NCBI GenBank assembly: GCA_964035545.1
Contig: OZ037770.1
Location: 9,244,973 to 9,308,972 of the forward strand
Reading direction: 5' to 3'
Origin: Bugula neritina
Lineage: Eukaryota; Animalia; Bryozoa
DNA: 64,000 nucleotides
Within the stretch, counting starts at the first letter, position 1, and each line of letters starts with the position of its first letter. The translations under genes were made by a program, and so were the position numbers. This document shows, piece after piece, positions 25,133 through 40,858 of the stretch. The notes under the pieces were generated by a model, which did no database searches, had not been told where the DNA came from, and worked only from the letters and a program-made list of their open reading frames with translations.

Positions 25133-26795
25133 TGCAAACTTAGACTCTGTTTTTATACTCTACCCAGAACCCGTTCACTCAACCATAGAAACTAGTATGA
25201 TGTCATTACTCTCTACGTTGTGCAAACTGTGTACAATATAAAATCAATTTCAGTTGCTTCCTCTTTTTTAAGTGCCAAGTGCATAAGTATCATTTCAACA
25301 TATTATAGCATAATTCGTGCCGTGATGTATTAACTAACGTTAGTTGCAAAACTCTCATTAAATACTGTCATGGATCTGCAATATATATTTTGCAATACAT
25401 CAACATCATTGCGTGTACTATGACAGTCAATATAATTTGTATTGAAATTTGAAATTTTGAAATAAATGTACAGTTTCTCAACTTTTGTAACATGTTTGTA
25501 AATTTGCAAGCCTTTTGTGATTTGATAAAAAAATTTAAACTGCTCTAATGACATTAAGCTGCTGTTTGTTTTGGTACGCGTGAAATCTAATATATGCAAA
25601 ATTCCTAAATTCATAGAAAGCACAAGTTTGTGACTTTCAAATGCTATGTGTAAGCTTGGCCGTTCCAGATTGTGACCTCTTTAGTATTTATTTACAGTTA
25701 TATGTGGTGCTGAATTCAACATAGGAGGTAAAGCAGCACAAAAAGGTTAGAGTTGCACAAATATAAAAAATCCAATATAATCCACATTGAAAAGTTAACT
25801 TTTGGACTACTTACTATTATATCTGTGCTACAAGACCAAATACCATAATACATAATATGCGTAGTATCAGTATACTGACCAGCCAAATGTTTAATTGCAT
25901 TTTAATTTGTTGTAAAACTTGAATTTAATTATTGAGCTTTTGCTTTTTAGATATGATTTGGTGAGTTTAAATTCACATTACGCTCATGTAAAACAGAAAG
26001 CACAAAATGCACGCGCAGATCGCACAACACCACAAAACACACTGAGACAGAACAAATTTTAGTAACAATCTCAGTAGAAGAAACAAAGTAACATCTCCCA
26101 TGAAGTAAATTAAAATACATGTTTACATCATCAATAACTTTTGCTAAAAATTGAGACATGCTGCATTCAAATAGTTTGCATTATAATATGTTTGCAACAG
26201 ACTATAATAGTTAGTGTTTTAGATATAAACATACACAAATTAGTGAAACAAGCATGCACTAAAATTATGTTATTTATAGAACAAATAGCTAATCAAAATA
26301 TACAAGATATGAATGTCATAATCATTGTCTTAAAGACTTAAACCATAACAATCAATATAAATGGAAATACATGATAGGGAAATACATAATGTAGAAGCAG
26401 CCAAAATATCTTATAGCCTACAGCGAAAACTATTATAAAATGAAAAAGCAAAATTAGCAGTAAAAGTGTAGCAGCATTTAAAAGACCTTATAAGTTATAA
26501 GTTTCTAAATGCAATATATTGAGATATAATGCTTTCACTTAATGCTCAGCAATGACATTCAGTGATTGAGCTCTCTCACCATGGTCACAAACTCAAGCTG
26601 CTAGCATTTTGCAAGGCTCATGACTCCTAAGTGACCCTTAGAGTCACTTGAGCTCTCTGGCTTGATTTTACACACTTTTTAAATACGCTTTAGTAAAAAC
26701 ATAAGAATTTCTACTATTGTGAAGGTGTGGGCCATGGTACTCTGCTCTGTGCTGATGAGGAGACAAATCCTGAAACAGCTGCTGTACACAGATTG

Positions 26796-27123
<328 letters not shown>

Positions 27124-27345
27124 GTGAACTAACAACTAAGTTGAAATTATCTTTGTACCACATTATTTATAGGTAGCCTTATTGCTAATCATTATATAAA
27201 TAACATTAAATTATTTCAGGAGAAGTGTTGTATTAGAAAGAGACCCAACAGGTAGGGTAGAAGGTACAGCATGCATGCAACTCACTTCATATACCTTGGG
27301 GAGTTATTGGCTCACAACTTGACCTACAAAGTTACTGGTGCAGAG

Positions 27346-27645
27346 CAGGGATGTCCAACCTTTTCAGAACGAGGGTCACTATAATGGAATACTCCATGAC
27401 AAGGGCCACATTGTAAAATGTAGCGTAAGCTAGGGCCACAGCATCGGTATTTTTTAAATGCTTCATTCCAAATTACTATAATCATTACACAATAAAGTTC
27501 CAATATAACATGCTGCATGTTTTTATCATGATATATAAAAATAAAACATCTAAAAAGTGGTTTCCCCACTCTAATTCATATGTGAACAAAATAATTTTAT
27601 TTGTGCCGTTGAGGGCCACATAAATCTAATTCGTGTGCCGCATCT
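27346..27645. mobile_element. hAT-type MITE (family A), right end degenerate
   Basis: Starts cagggatgtccaaccttttcaga; internal homology to 63319-63649. Confidence 0.75.
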
Positions 27646-28188
27646 ACTTCTGGTGAAGACACCAAGTTGGTACACAACAGATATAAGTTTTTTAAAGGTT
27701 GGTTTTGTATTAATATTCTATATTGAGTCATTTTGTCTATTCACTTTTTGCTAAAGATTATAGTTGTGACTATTAAAACTTGCACGGAGTAAGGTTATGT
27801 GTATCTACGGCTTTTCAGATCAGATGTGTTGTCAGTAGACAGCTTGGCAGCATGGGCATCATTTTACACACAAATCATCTTGTTAGAAGGTGCAGCTTTT
27901 GCAGTAAAACATATATATTTATTTATAATATGAATTTTAAATATGACAATTTTGAAACAAAAGTAAAAACTTATAAAGCTCTTAGAAGGTTAAAAAAGTG
28001 AAATATTAAAAAACACACAACATAAACTGTGATATAAGTCTCATGAAACTGAGATGACACTAAAATGACTCACTAGGATAATTAATAGGGCTCAACTAAA
28101 TAATCATATGGGAATGAATAATGAAAATAAAATAATATTTATGCTTAACATGGACTATAAAATGTCCATAATAAAAGGCTAGTTAGTA

Positions 28189-31100
28189 TCATTCACACTG
28201 GAAGAGATGACTTTGGAAGCTATTCTCTTGCTCAGTATTGGGTCCACAAGGTAGTTTGGGTAGTCTCATTACCTCCCCTGATAATGCTGTAACAATAGTA
28301 GTAAATTTTACCAACAAAGTCTTTCCTACTTAAATGGAAAGTATACAAGTTGACATCAGGGCAAACGAAACAATAATCCATTTTCTATCAGCTATTAGCT
28401 ACGGTTTTAGGTAAAAATGGCACACAGAATAATGGCATGAATAAAAAAGAAGTTAAAATGGCACACTGATGTTGAATTTTCCCAAAACTAAACCCCGAAC
28501 TCAAACCCTCACTCTAAATCCAAACCCAAATTCCCTACCGCAAACCCTAACTCCCAACCCCAATATTCAAAATGTGCCATTTTACCTACTTTTCGATTTG
28601 TGCCATTATTACTTGTGTCATTTTAACCTGCGCTACTTTTACCCGACACCATTAGCTACCTATCTAGCTACTAGGAATAAGAAAAATTAATTGACAAATA
28701 GTAGCATAGAATATTAGTAGAAAAACATTATAAACAGCTAGGACAGTGTGCTAGCTAAGAATACTGTTTGTTATAAAACAAATCCTCTATCAACAAGCGA
28801 GCTTTCATTTGAAGATATACACAAAACCAATCAGCAAAAACTTATTCAAGACACTCACTTCTGATTGAATGATTGAAATCGAACTGAATCACAGAGTTGA
28901 ATTGTGGAGTCAAATGAGTCACTACCAGCTGGTAGTAATGACTGGAAAATCTAACAACTGCCAGATAGAACTCTACAAAATATAAACATAAATAACAACA
29001 AGAGTACAGATATGAACACAGAATATAAAACAGAGTATACATCAGTCAGATAAATAGTGAGGCAAGATGTAGACTGAAGCGTCCATGATATTCAAATTTT
29101 GAACAAATGCCAGAAAAATTTAAAATCTTTTCCACCACAGTTTTACTTTGTTTAGAGTACTTGAAGGGGCAGTTTTCAAATATCTAAAACTTTTATCAAA
29201 CCCCGACCCCGTTGATGTTAAACTTGCACTGTTTATATATCAAGAGTTCCTGTAGGTATACACAAGCTGTTGTATTATAATGTACTCGCTATAATGTTAC
29301 GCTTCTATTAGGTCAAGGTTACCTTCAGTTTGAATAAAGTTATCGCCATGTTAAATACTATACTTGCTCATGTTCATTAACAAAATATAATCTACTTCAT
29401 CCGCAACCATAATATGACACAAGCCATAGTTACAAGGGTTGAGTATAATATAATATAATATAATGAAATATAATACAATGTAATACAGTTACCAAGGTTG
29501 AGTATAATATAATATAATATAATGAAATATAATACAATGTAATACAGTTACCAAGGTTGAGTATAGTATAATATAATATAATATAATGTAATACAATGTA
29601 ATATAGTTACTAAGGTCGAGTATGATATAATATAATATAATACAATGTAATACAATGTAATATAGTTACTAAGGTTGAGTATGATATAATATAATATAAT
29701 ACAATGTAATACAATGTAATATAGTTACTAAGGTTGAGTATGATATAATATAATATAATATAATACAATGTAATATAGTTACTAAGGTTGAGTATGATAT
29801 AATATAATATAATATAACATAATTATACAATGCAACATAATTACCAAGGTTGAGTGCAGTATAATATAATATAAAACATTGTATTATAGTATAATATAAT
29901 ATAATATAATATAATGTAGTATAACTACCAGGGTTGAGAATAGATCTGAATCTGGCCCTCCCATCAGACATCCTAATAATCTCAAAGAATCTCTCATCCA
30001 CTACATTCATATTTCTGATATCTGGAGTTGAGAAGAAAGAGTTCTGACTTCTAGCCACATCGTCATAGAACTGTAATATTATGTGTAATATAATAGAACT
30101 ATAATATTATGTGTAATATAATAGAACTATAATATTATGTGTAATATAATAGAACTATAATATTATGTGTAATATAATAGAACTATAATATTATGTGTAA
30201 TATAATAGAACTATAATATTATGTGTAATATAATAGAACTACAATATCATGTGTAATATAATAGAACTATAATATTATGTGTAATATAATAGAACTATAA
30301 TATTATGTGTAATATAATAGAACTATAATATTATGTGTAATATAATAGAACTATAATATTATGTGTAATATAATAGAACTATAATATTATGTGTAATATA
30401 ATAGAACTATAATATCATGTGTAATATAATAGAACTATAATATTATGTGTAATATAATAGAACTACAATATTATGTGTAATATAATAGAACTATAATATT
30501 ATGTGTAATATAATAGAACTATAATATTATGTGTAATATAATAGAACTATAATATTATGTGTAATATAATAGAACTATAATATTATGTGTAATATAATAG
30601 AACTATAATATTATGTGTAATATAATAGAACTATAATATTATGTGTAATATAATAGAACTATAATATTATGTGTAATATAATAGAACTATAATATTATGT
30701 GTAATATAATAGAACTATAATATTATGTGTAATATAATAGAACTATAATATTATGTGTAATATAATAGAACTATAATATTATGTGTAATATAATAGAACT
30801 ATAATATCATGTATAATATAATAGAACTATAATATTATGTGTAATATAATAGAACTATAATATTATGTGTAATATAATAGAACTATAATATTATGTGTAA
30901 TATAATAGAACTATAATATTATGTGTAATATAATAGAACTATAATATTATGTGTAATATAATAGAACTATAATATTATGTGTAATATAATAGAACTATAA
31001 TATTATGTGTAATATAATAGAACTATAATATTATGTGTAATATAATAGAACTATAATATTATGTGTAATATAATAGAACTATAATATTATGTGTAATATA

Positions 31101-34100
31101 ATAGAACTATAACATTATGTGTAATATAATAGAACTATAATATTATGTGTAATATAATAGAACTATAATATTATGTGTGATATAATAGAACTATAATATT
31201 ATGTGTAATATAATAGAACTATAATATCATGTATAATATAATAGAACTATAATATTATGTGTAATATAATAGAACTATAATATTATGTGTAATATAATAG
31301 AACTATAATATTATGTGTAATATAATAGAACTATAATATCATGTATAATATAATAGAACTATAATATTATGTGTAATATAATAGAACTATAATATTATGT
31401 GTAATATAATAGAACTATAATATTATGTGTAATATAATAGAACTATAATATTATGTGTAATATAATAGAACTATAACATTATGTGTAATATAATAGAACT
31501 ATAATATTATGTGTAATATAATAGAACTATAATATTATGTGTAATATAATAGAACTATAACATTATGTGTAATATAATAGAACTATAATATTATGTGTAA
31601 TATAATAGAACTATAATATTATGTGTAATATAATAGAACTATAATATTATGTGTAATATAATAGAACTATAATATTATGTGTAATATAATAGAACTATAA
31701 TATTATGTGTAATATAATAGAACTATAATATTATGTGTAATATAATAGAACTACAATATTATGTGTAATATAATAGAACTATAATATTATGTGTAATATA
31801 ATAGAACTATAATATTATGTGTAATATAATAGAACTATAATATTATGTGTAATATAATAGAACTATAATATCATGTATAATATAATAGAACTATAATATT
31901 ATGTGTAATATAATAGAACTATAATATTATGTGTAATATAATAGAACTATAATATTATGTGTAATATAATAGAACTATAATATTATGTGTAATATAATAG
32001 AACTATAATATTATGTGTAATATAATAGAACTATAATATTATGTGTAATATAATAGAACTATAATATTATGTGTAATATAATAGAACTATAATATTATGT
32101 GTAATATAATAGAACTATAATATTATGTGTAATATAATAGAACTATAACATTATGTGTAATATAATAGAACTATAATATTATGTGTAATATAATAGAACT
32201 ATAATATTATGTGTAATATAATAGAACTATAATATTATGTGTAATATAATAGAACTATAATATTATGTGTGATATAATAGAACTATAATATTATGTGTAA
32301 TATAATAGAACTATAATATTATGTGTAATATAATAGAACTATAATATTATTATGTGCAATATAACATGTTATCTGTATATATAAGTTGGTAATAGAAAAA
32401 CAGAAGTTTTATATGATAGCCCAATAAAAAGCTTTGAAATAACACTAATAGCAGCATTGGGTTAAGAAGTGTTATAATAATAAACTTTGAAATAAATCTG
32501 TAAGTAGCATTGATTTCAAATAATGTTCAGTTGAAATGAAACCCAAATTAATTGTCTTATATAGTATGAGTATAGTTGAGGATCATGTAATGGCGATTCT
32601 ATAAATTTGAACTGGCTGGCCCTGATTATCACATAGCACTCTAGTAGCAGAAAGCAAGACAGTTGCAACTCTGTAACTGGTGTACTTATCCTCTATCTAT
32701 AAGCCTGTCTAATGAAATGTTTTCTGGTCGGAAATTGTCTTCTTTTCAAATATTTTTCTCTTAAAGTCTATTTCCTTGTCAGATTTTAAATTCACAAATT
32801 TTTAGTATAATTTCAACACTTGCACACAACTTTTGCAGTTCTAGCAGCAGCTACAAATCGGTACTAATAACACTTGTATGTCCAAGTGATTACTAAGTAT
32901 ACTTCAAAAGATTTAGTAGTATAGATAATTTGTTTCATAAATATTGTGAGCTGCAGTGATAATACAATAATTTCCAATCAGGCAGGATCGATGTAGCTAC
33001 TATAAATTAGCCAATCATGTACAGGCATGTGTTACTTAATCATTTGCTCAATAGATTCCAAACAAATTCAGTAGTCATAAGGTGAAAAACAACTTCCAAT
33101 CAGGTAGGACAAACGTAGAATTTTCCTTATTAGCCAATAAGTGGTGAGCACATTTATTTTCACTCAATAAATTTCAAACAATACCGAAATACTAGGTATA
33201 GAAAATCCTGCAACTAATATATTTAAGTGCACAACACTCACTCTGAAGTTGATGGATGCATATGGTATGCAGACCTTTTTCCTAGCCCAACTATGCCCAG
33301 ATGATATACACAGCCTACGGTACGTAGTGATTTGACCATCAGTAGTGTGAGGTGAGAGATAGTACATCTAAAAATAACAGATATTATAGTTTAAATACTT
33401 TGCTATGAATGCCTGTTTACTAAAGTTGTTAACAAAAACACTTCTGCATTCCACTAAGCACATAAATCAATTATTTGCTTAATTTAAAAAAGCAATTGCA
33501 GGGAATATATTTGAGCAAATTGGTTTTTTAGGGCACTGTTCCAGGATTCCTGTCAAGCCAGTCAATATAATAGAATAATTTGTCTTTGATTATACTACTA
33601 CTTGGCAAACAGTGAAACAGTTCAATGTTTTCTGCTGCAGCATGAATACTTTGGTGGGAACAAGGTCATAATAACACACATTCCATTAATAGTCATATGA
33701 TGTTAGTTTCTATTTTATATGCATACTATAAAGACTCAAGATCTTTAACTAACATCTATACATGATATGCAGAGAATATTTTCTGCATGAATTTCATGTT
33801 CACTTAGTTTGAGTGAAGAAAGTTTTGAACCTAAGATACCAGCAAAAAGTTGAAAATACATGATTGATTACCGAATGTACAGTATTGAAATCACATGTAT
33901 CATATATGTTGATTAGCTCTATTACAGGACATGCCACCAAACAACATCAAACAACAATATTTTAATTGACTAATAATAGTAATGTATAAACTATGTTGCA
34001 GCTGAGAGCATATAATAAAATAAGATAATATAGTGAACCTGGTTAGGATGTCGAAAGATCACAGCCTGGGAGTGTATAATGGAGCCATTGCCAGCAAATC

Positions 34101-35232
34101 CTGTGAACAGGCCCCATGATATTACTTCAAATAGTAACTCTACAAAAGCAACATCTCATAAAGTTATTACTTTTTACAATAATTTTTTGTACAATAAGCA
34201 TATTTTGTTTTTGCGATAAAAGTTGTAAAAATATTTTCAAATTGAAAATACTTTAAAGCCAAGCTTTTAACTTGAAATAAAAATTTCATGATGTGTTTAC
34301 AGTGAGTGAAATGGCCAGTCACCCTTCTGATTACTAAGTAGAAACAGAAAGTTCGTGAAGACAATAACATGATATTGAGCTAACAAGTGGTGATGGTATT
34401 AGCCATATGACCAGATCACTCATATGTTAAGTATATGGAACATGATTTAAAACATGTTTTCCATAGCCTAAAAATTTATAAATTAAGATATCTGAAGTGG
34501 TCAAGTTACTGCCATGTAGTTTTTTGAAATAAAAAACTCGCTTATAAATTTAGATATTGTAATCATCTAAATTATTAGTATCTGTCATCAATTGCTAGTT
34601 ATTAAATTGTAGTCAATGGAAAAGAAACCAATATATGCATTTCTTTGCATCAAATATAAAATATGTAAGCAGTGATTCTAGATTGTGGCAAAATAAGTTG
34701 CCAAAACATTGATGAGTTTTCTTAGACTATAAAACTAGTAGTAAACATCAGATGGCAAAAAAGTTGAAACCAAAAATAATTTTAAAAGTAGCAAAGTAAT
34801 CAAAACATCAAATAATTTATATTTAAAAGCAAAATACTTCAGGTTGACAAGCTTCCTATTTTGCAGAATTTGGTTTAAATGAGAATGCCAAACTCATAGC
34901 TGCATGTCTATAGAAGTCAGCTCACTAAATTCAGTCAACAGGAAATGTTAGACAGTCTAATGTAGCAGGAACTCAGTAGTTATAAGAAAACAAAACTGCA
35001 ACAGATAATTCATTGCCAAAGTTACAACACATGGAAGATAAAAGGACTTTATTTCAACAACGAGTTATATGCTGGCACGTAGCAGATACCTAGAGCAGAG
35101 CTAGTAATCAGAGCTTACCTTCTTAGAGTTAAAAAGGTTAGCTTAATTTTAGTGCTGAAACCTATGCAATAAGTCATACTTGAAAATATATATTTCATAA
35201 TTATAATTATATTTATATACATATATACATAT

Positions 35233-35317
<85 letters not shown>

Positions 35318-38300
35318 TATACATATATACATATATACATATATACATATATACATATATACATATATACATATATACATATATACATATATACATATAT
35401 ACATATATACATATATACATATATACATATATACATATATACATATATACATATATATACATATATACATATATATACATATATATACATATATATAAAT
35501 ATATATAAATATATATAAATATATATTTAAATTAATTTATTTATGTGTTATAAATTTTTATAACCTAATGATGAAGCTATATTTGAGAAAGCAATAAACG
35601 ATTTGGTTTAACCGCATTTTTTATTACTTTCTCAAACAGGCCTTTTTTATCAAACAAGTTGAAAGTTATTTTTAATACATGTACTATCTAATCAATAATA
35701 TAAAACATTACAATCTAGTCTTTACTAGAATTCAAAACACAGCCACCAGAGGTTTTCGATTTAGAAGCTCTTACAATGAATCATGAAACTTTTGTCACCG
35801 TGAGGACATCGCATGTCCACTTTGTTTCTAATAATAGCATTGTTATCCATGACACTAGGGAAGAAGTATTTATATCCCGAGTGTGACACCACGCAGTGTT
35901 TCATAATGATGATGAGAAAAGTTGGTTTTAGAACTTACGGTCAGGCATTGCCATGTTGAAGCTACGAGAATTAGTTGGCAAGACCAACACCCTTGGCCGA
36001 GTGTCAAAGATCAGAGCAGCTGCAGCGTCTGAAATAGAAAGTACCTTGATGTAAACAACGCCACATGCCCAGAGCTATGAGGAACTTATGCAAATTCACA
36101 CGCATTTCCTAGAAATCTGTGATCTTTCTTGTCAATTTGTACTTTTTGTCATGTGATTGTTTTAACATTAATCATTTAAATATAAATTAATTACAATATA
36201 GTATAATTTGATTCTAGGAGTTGCATCATCATAGCTGTAGAACAGTAAATCAAAATCGACAGTTATTGTACCCTGTGGTACTATGATTAGAGCCACAAAG
36301 TTTAAAATAATGCATACTGATGGTTATTCTATGTTAAAGTTGTTGCCAGGTAAATAAGGAAATTTAGCTGTGAATTTATACGTTTTTTTCCTGTGGAATA
36401 GCAAAAATTATCTATAGAAATAGAATATAATATATTTTTACTCAAGCAAAGTTTTCAACTAATAAAACTTTCTTCAGAGAGAGTTTTAAAATTAATTAAA
36501 GCTTAAAATAATAATAGATAAATTCATTTGATAATAAATATTTCTTAAAAACATTCATGACCAGGAGTATATTTATAACAAAAGAAAAGCATAAATGCTT
36601 GAGCCTTGATTGAGATAACATTTTACTAGTACTACAGAAACCTATCAGCATAGACAAAATGTTGCTGCAAGTTCTTAAAAACTCAGAGAAATAATAATAA
36701 AAAAAAAAGTATTAAATTATTTTAGCAATTTTTCAAATTTTTTATATTATTCATGTTCCAAAAAAGTATTCAATTTCAAAAAAGTCAGTAATTTTGTTAA
36801 AAAGCATTATTTTAAGATGCTATTTTTGAAAAAGTGGTTATTTAAAAAATAGGGTAATAAAACTATATATAACCGACAAAAATAACTTTTTCTTTAAATA
36901 TCATAACACCTAATTTAATCCTAACTAAGGTAGGGACCACTGTTTTCAAACAGTTTACTTACAGCCAAAGTATATTATTGAGCTAATGTAAGTAATGTAA
37001 ACACAGGTCAGTGGCTCAGTTTCCAGTAGGGGCCATTAGAGATGTTAGCAAGGGCATTTAGTCATAATATCTCCTTTGCCACAATAGAGAAGTGATGCTT
37101 AAAAAACCCTTTCTATCAAAGGTGTTCACAGGGATAACGATTATATACATTTAAGTTTGTTTATTGAGGTGTATAAACAAAGCATAGGGTAATGTACATG
37201 TGACTATATACTAGACTCACCCATACGGTTAACTGTGAATGTAACATTAAGACGAGTTCCTTCAAATGCTGTGGAATTGATTCTAGTGATGTAGGGCCAG
37301 GATACCCAAGTGAAACTGTTGGGGAGATAAACCAATGACGGCACACTGTCGGATGACAGAAAACCATTTCTAGACTCTATTTGAGATACAATAGCAATTG
37401 GTATATAATACAACCTAATATATAGAATATTTTAAATAATACAGCATTTCAAGTTTGAGAATTTTTTCTAAATGCAAATATAAGAACTAATGAAAATTGT
37501 AAACTGCAATTCACATGACAGAAGATGATGCAAGGAAAGAATAGGAAACACATGATTTGTAGAGTAAGAAAGTGTATATAGCTTGGTTGAGTTAGCATGA
37601 CGACATATTCAATTTATATTCAGCTCAATTACGCAGTTTACAAGAATATGAAAGATTTTATGCAAAGCAGAGAAGAACAGACCAATTTCAAGTAGGTCAA
37701 GGCTCTGCCCTCTGGTGTATACAAACAGTCTTTGGTCAAATCCACTCGTGAATGGAGTTCCATCGTCAACCTGCCAAAAAGATTCTCCACTTTACATCAG
37801 CTTTTACTCTGGTGAAGACTATAGTTTTGGTTTGCACTCTTAACGACAAAATATTTAAAAGTGAAGTTCTCAATCTGCTGTTTTGTCATTGGATCAAGTA
37901 CGCGCCTAAGCATTTTCAAACAGGCTGTATAAAAACTGCCAGAAAACACTTTATATAGAAATTAATTGAAGCGTTTGAGTTAAAGTGGTTTCAAATGATA
38001 GCAACTTGAAAACTTGTTCCTCATTCCCTGCCATGTCCCAATTGGGTGGCGGGAATTAATCTGGTTAAAGATAGAAACCTAAAAATGACTCACCACTAAA
38101 TCAGGAACACTGTCAGATCCAGTATTTGCCAAGTAGTAGCGCTGGTTGTTGATTGGTTGTGATCTGATGGTAAATAAATCTTGGTTTCTGTCATTACACG
38201 AGTAAAATCTCAACTCAAACAAAACTGCAACAAAAATCACAAAAAATCTATTACAAAGACCAACTCAAAATCAAATGTTAGACCTGTCTATTAGGCTGTT

Positions 38301-40273
38301 ATTTTTTGCACTCAGACGTTCAACTTATTTATACAGTTCAACTTATTTATACAACGTATTCACTACTGTTGTAAATTTTAATTTTATTTATAGAAGAATG
38401 GGTAATTATTACACGAGGCTGGTTTACACCATGGGTTTGTAACATGGCTTTACAAAGGATGACCAAGGAACATTAGAATAAGCATTGGGCAAAAGTGCTT
38501 TCACACTAAAATTGTATATTTTAAATCTGCTTTTAAGACTAAATTTTAGATATGATCATTATTTTGTAAGCAAGCTACCTAATACAAGTAGCACTTTTTG
38601 TACTCAACATGGTAACGCTACTGCAAATTCGGTTGAAATACAATAAAAAAACCCAAGGAAGCTGCTTTAAGTTGAAGTAAAAAAAATCTTGGAAACAACA
38701 AATACAGGTACAGCTGTTTAGAGTGCGGCAGTTCATAGCATTGCAGACCTCAGCAGTATACCTATAAGAGTGTTTTCCTTTTTAAATAATAAATCATTAT
38801 ATTATTTTAGCACCGTAAAAATTGAAAATATTCTATTTCTTATCTAAAATCCTAAAAAGTACTTTACTGCCTAGCTCTCTCCCATGAAACTTTAACAAAT
38901 TATTGTTAGATAGATAAAAAATTTATTTGCAAGTGCACATTATAAATTATAAGTGTGGGCTTGCATTGAAAAACCCAGAGTAAAAGCTCATAACTAAGCT
39001 AATGAGTGCCGCGTGTTTAACACTATAAACCAACATTGTGGATGATTATGAAGTTATTTAGATATTACCAACTATGCTTCACAGTATTCAGCTCAAAGTT
39101 TGAAAGATAATTTGTAGAACTTTCTAGCAATTTATTACTATAATTCCTGTAAATTCCAGTGGTAATGCAGATATAATCTAGATGTATTTCTGCCATGGTG
39201 ACATTCGCAATATGGTGCCCAGGTTAGGCAAACGCATTAGCCAAATTTCTTGTTGGAAAAAATTTCACAACATACATTTTTCAATGAAAAAAATTATTTG
39301 CTGTCAAATCAAAGAGAACAAGCAACTAACTAAAAATTATATATGACAAACAGTAAGAAATTTCGATACTTGAAGACTAGGAAAAATCTAGGTTGATGAA
39401 GGTAAAAGCAGTTAATTTTAAACCGTTTGATATAAAAATATTGGTTGTTAAATTAAATAAAACCACACAACATGCGGACTTGCATTATAGTTGAAGAGGA
39501 ATGGATGTAAATATTGTAACCTAAACACACTTACAGTTATCATTTCGATTAGGGTCATAGCTATCCAAGCTTACTGTGGAAGTTGTCCCTCCATTTTCTA
39601 CTTCAAGTTGTAAAGAGGACATACCAAAAATGAGGTATTTATGACTCCCAATCTCCTCTGGAACACATACTCCTGGAGAGATCAATAACAGATGACAACT
39701 GTTTACTCTGAACAAGTGATAACTGATATGCAAAACAAAAATAATGCGACTTTCCATCAAAGACTAAGATGTGAAAAAATTGTTTACCATAACTATAACT
39801 GCAAATATCATGAATTCCATCATAATACTCCTTATATCCTTGAAACAACAAAATTGATACAAGCACTGCAGTGACTTTGAAAATCAAATTAGGATAATAT
39901 GAAACTCATCAGTCCCTTGTGTCATTAAAATGACAACTAGTAGTTGTATATAGGAAGGTTTACCAGATGACAGAACTAGTTCTACTAAATTAGCCGAATA
40001 TTATATGGACGAACTACGCTCGCATGGTACTTGACTTGTAAAAACACTATTACTTGCAGAAGTCGCCGCTGTGATAGAATTTATGCATAAAAAATGCACA
40101 GTATTTATACTTTCATTGCTGAAATACAAATGTTATCAACCTAATACACACTTTTCTTCAACGATTTAGCATATCTGCACCATCTTGATCTCCGTTATAA
40201 GCTGAGATTACTCACCTTGAGTGATAGGGAGAAGACTCAGAGAGAATAGCAACACTAATGCCTGCAGACACAT
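28189..40273 (-). CDS. Secreted 413-aa protein with two IL-1-like beta-trefoil repeats, paralog B
   Basis: Exons 40216-40273, 39535-39672, 38094-38224, 37683-37770, 37221-37376, 35939-36028, 34039-34139, 33242-33367, 29929-30070, 28859-28972, 28189-28286 join in frame (1242 nt). Signal-peptide-like [20 protein letters not shown]; intron phases identical to paralog A. Confidence 0.8.
28403..28650. mobile_element. Mutator-like MITE
   Basis: Perfect 9-bp TSD attagctac; imperfect inverted ends with repeated aaatggcaca/tgtgccatt; internal (aaaccct)-like tract. Confidence 0.8.
29425..29938. repeat. ~45-55-bp tandem repeat derived from the exon 9 end and donor (about 10 copies)
   Basis: Recurring agttac(c/t)aaggttgagta...(aatat)n; the minus strand reads ctcaacct(t/a)g-gtaact, like the real ctcaaccctg|gtagtt. 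Confidence 0.85.
30065..32350. repeat. 28-bp satellite, about 80 near-identical copies, derived from the exon 9 acceptor
   Basis: Unit agaactataatattatgtgtaatataat. Confidence 0.97.
35213..35526. repeat. (TA)n/(TATACATA)n microsatellite
   Basis: Direct reading of the sequence. Confidence 0.95.
36990..37140 (+). mobile_element. Old degenerate copy of the tRNA-derived SINE
   Basis: ggccattagagatgttagcaagggcatttagtcataat...aaaaaccctttctatcaaaggtgttcacagg matches the SINE core and 3' part. Confidence 0.6.
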
Positions 40274-40858
40274 TGCGACGACTGTAACTATTGAGCACGA
40301 GCCACCCAGTAATATAGCACATTACAAGCAATCAGTCAAATTAGTAGAAATGAAGAAACCATGGCAACCAGTTAGTTATTGCTGATGTCACCCTTTACTA
40401 CATGATATCACAAAAAATCTTGCAATAAACAAAATATACTACTAAAATCCAGTCCCTATGTCAATGAGACCATGACGAGTCAAAATTAGATTGTTTTTGA
40501 AAATGTGAAAATTAATATTTTTGTTGAAACAGGTAGAAACAATTACATACATGTAAGGCCCATGTCAGGCAGCTATTTTTCTATATATGACGCAGAAACA
40601 AGTTGACTACCAAAACTGCTATCAAAAAGCATCAATTTACAGTAAAACATGCCTTCAAAAGAAAAAATTGTAGCAGATAAAAGTGAATGACAGCTAAAAG
40701 TATTCAACAATGTTGAATGATGGGTAATATGAACAAAACACTTTTAACTAAAGGTTTTACTAAAAGCTATATGGAAGATCTATCAAATATAAAAATATTC
40801 GTATTGTTAGAAAATATCAATTGATATGCATAAATATAAATCTCAGCAAATGATATAG

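Noticed and set aside
28485-28562. Telomere-like (aaaccct) tract
   Set aside because: Degenerate internal part of a MITE bounded by a 9-bp TSD.
30065-32350. Regular array resembling CRISPR
   Set aside because: Head-to-tail units with no unique spacers, no cas genes, eukaryotic intron context.
35119-35154. Possible 36-nt stop-containing exon giving a single-domain isoform of paralog B
   Set aside because: Competing upstream AG, no counterpart in paralog A, no other support.
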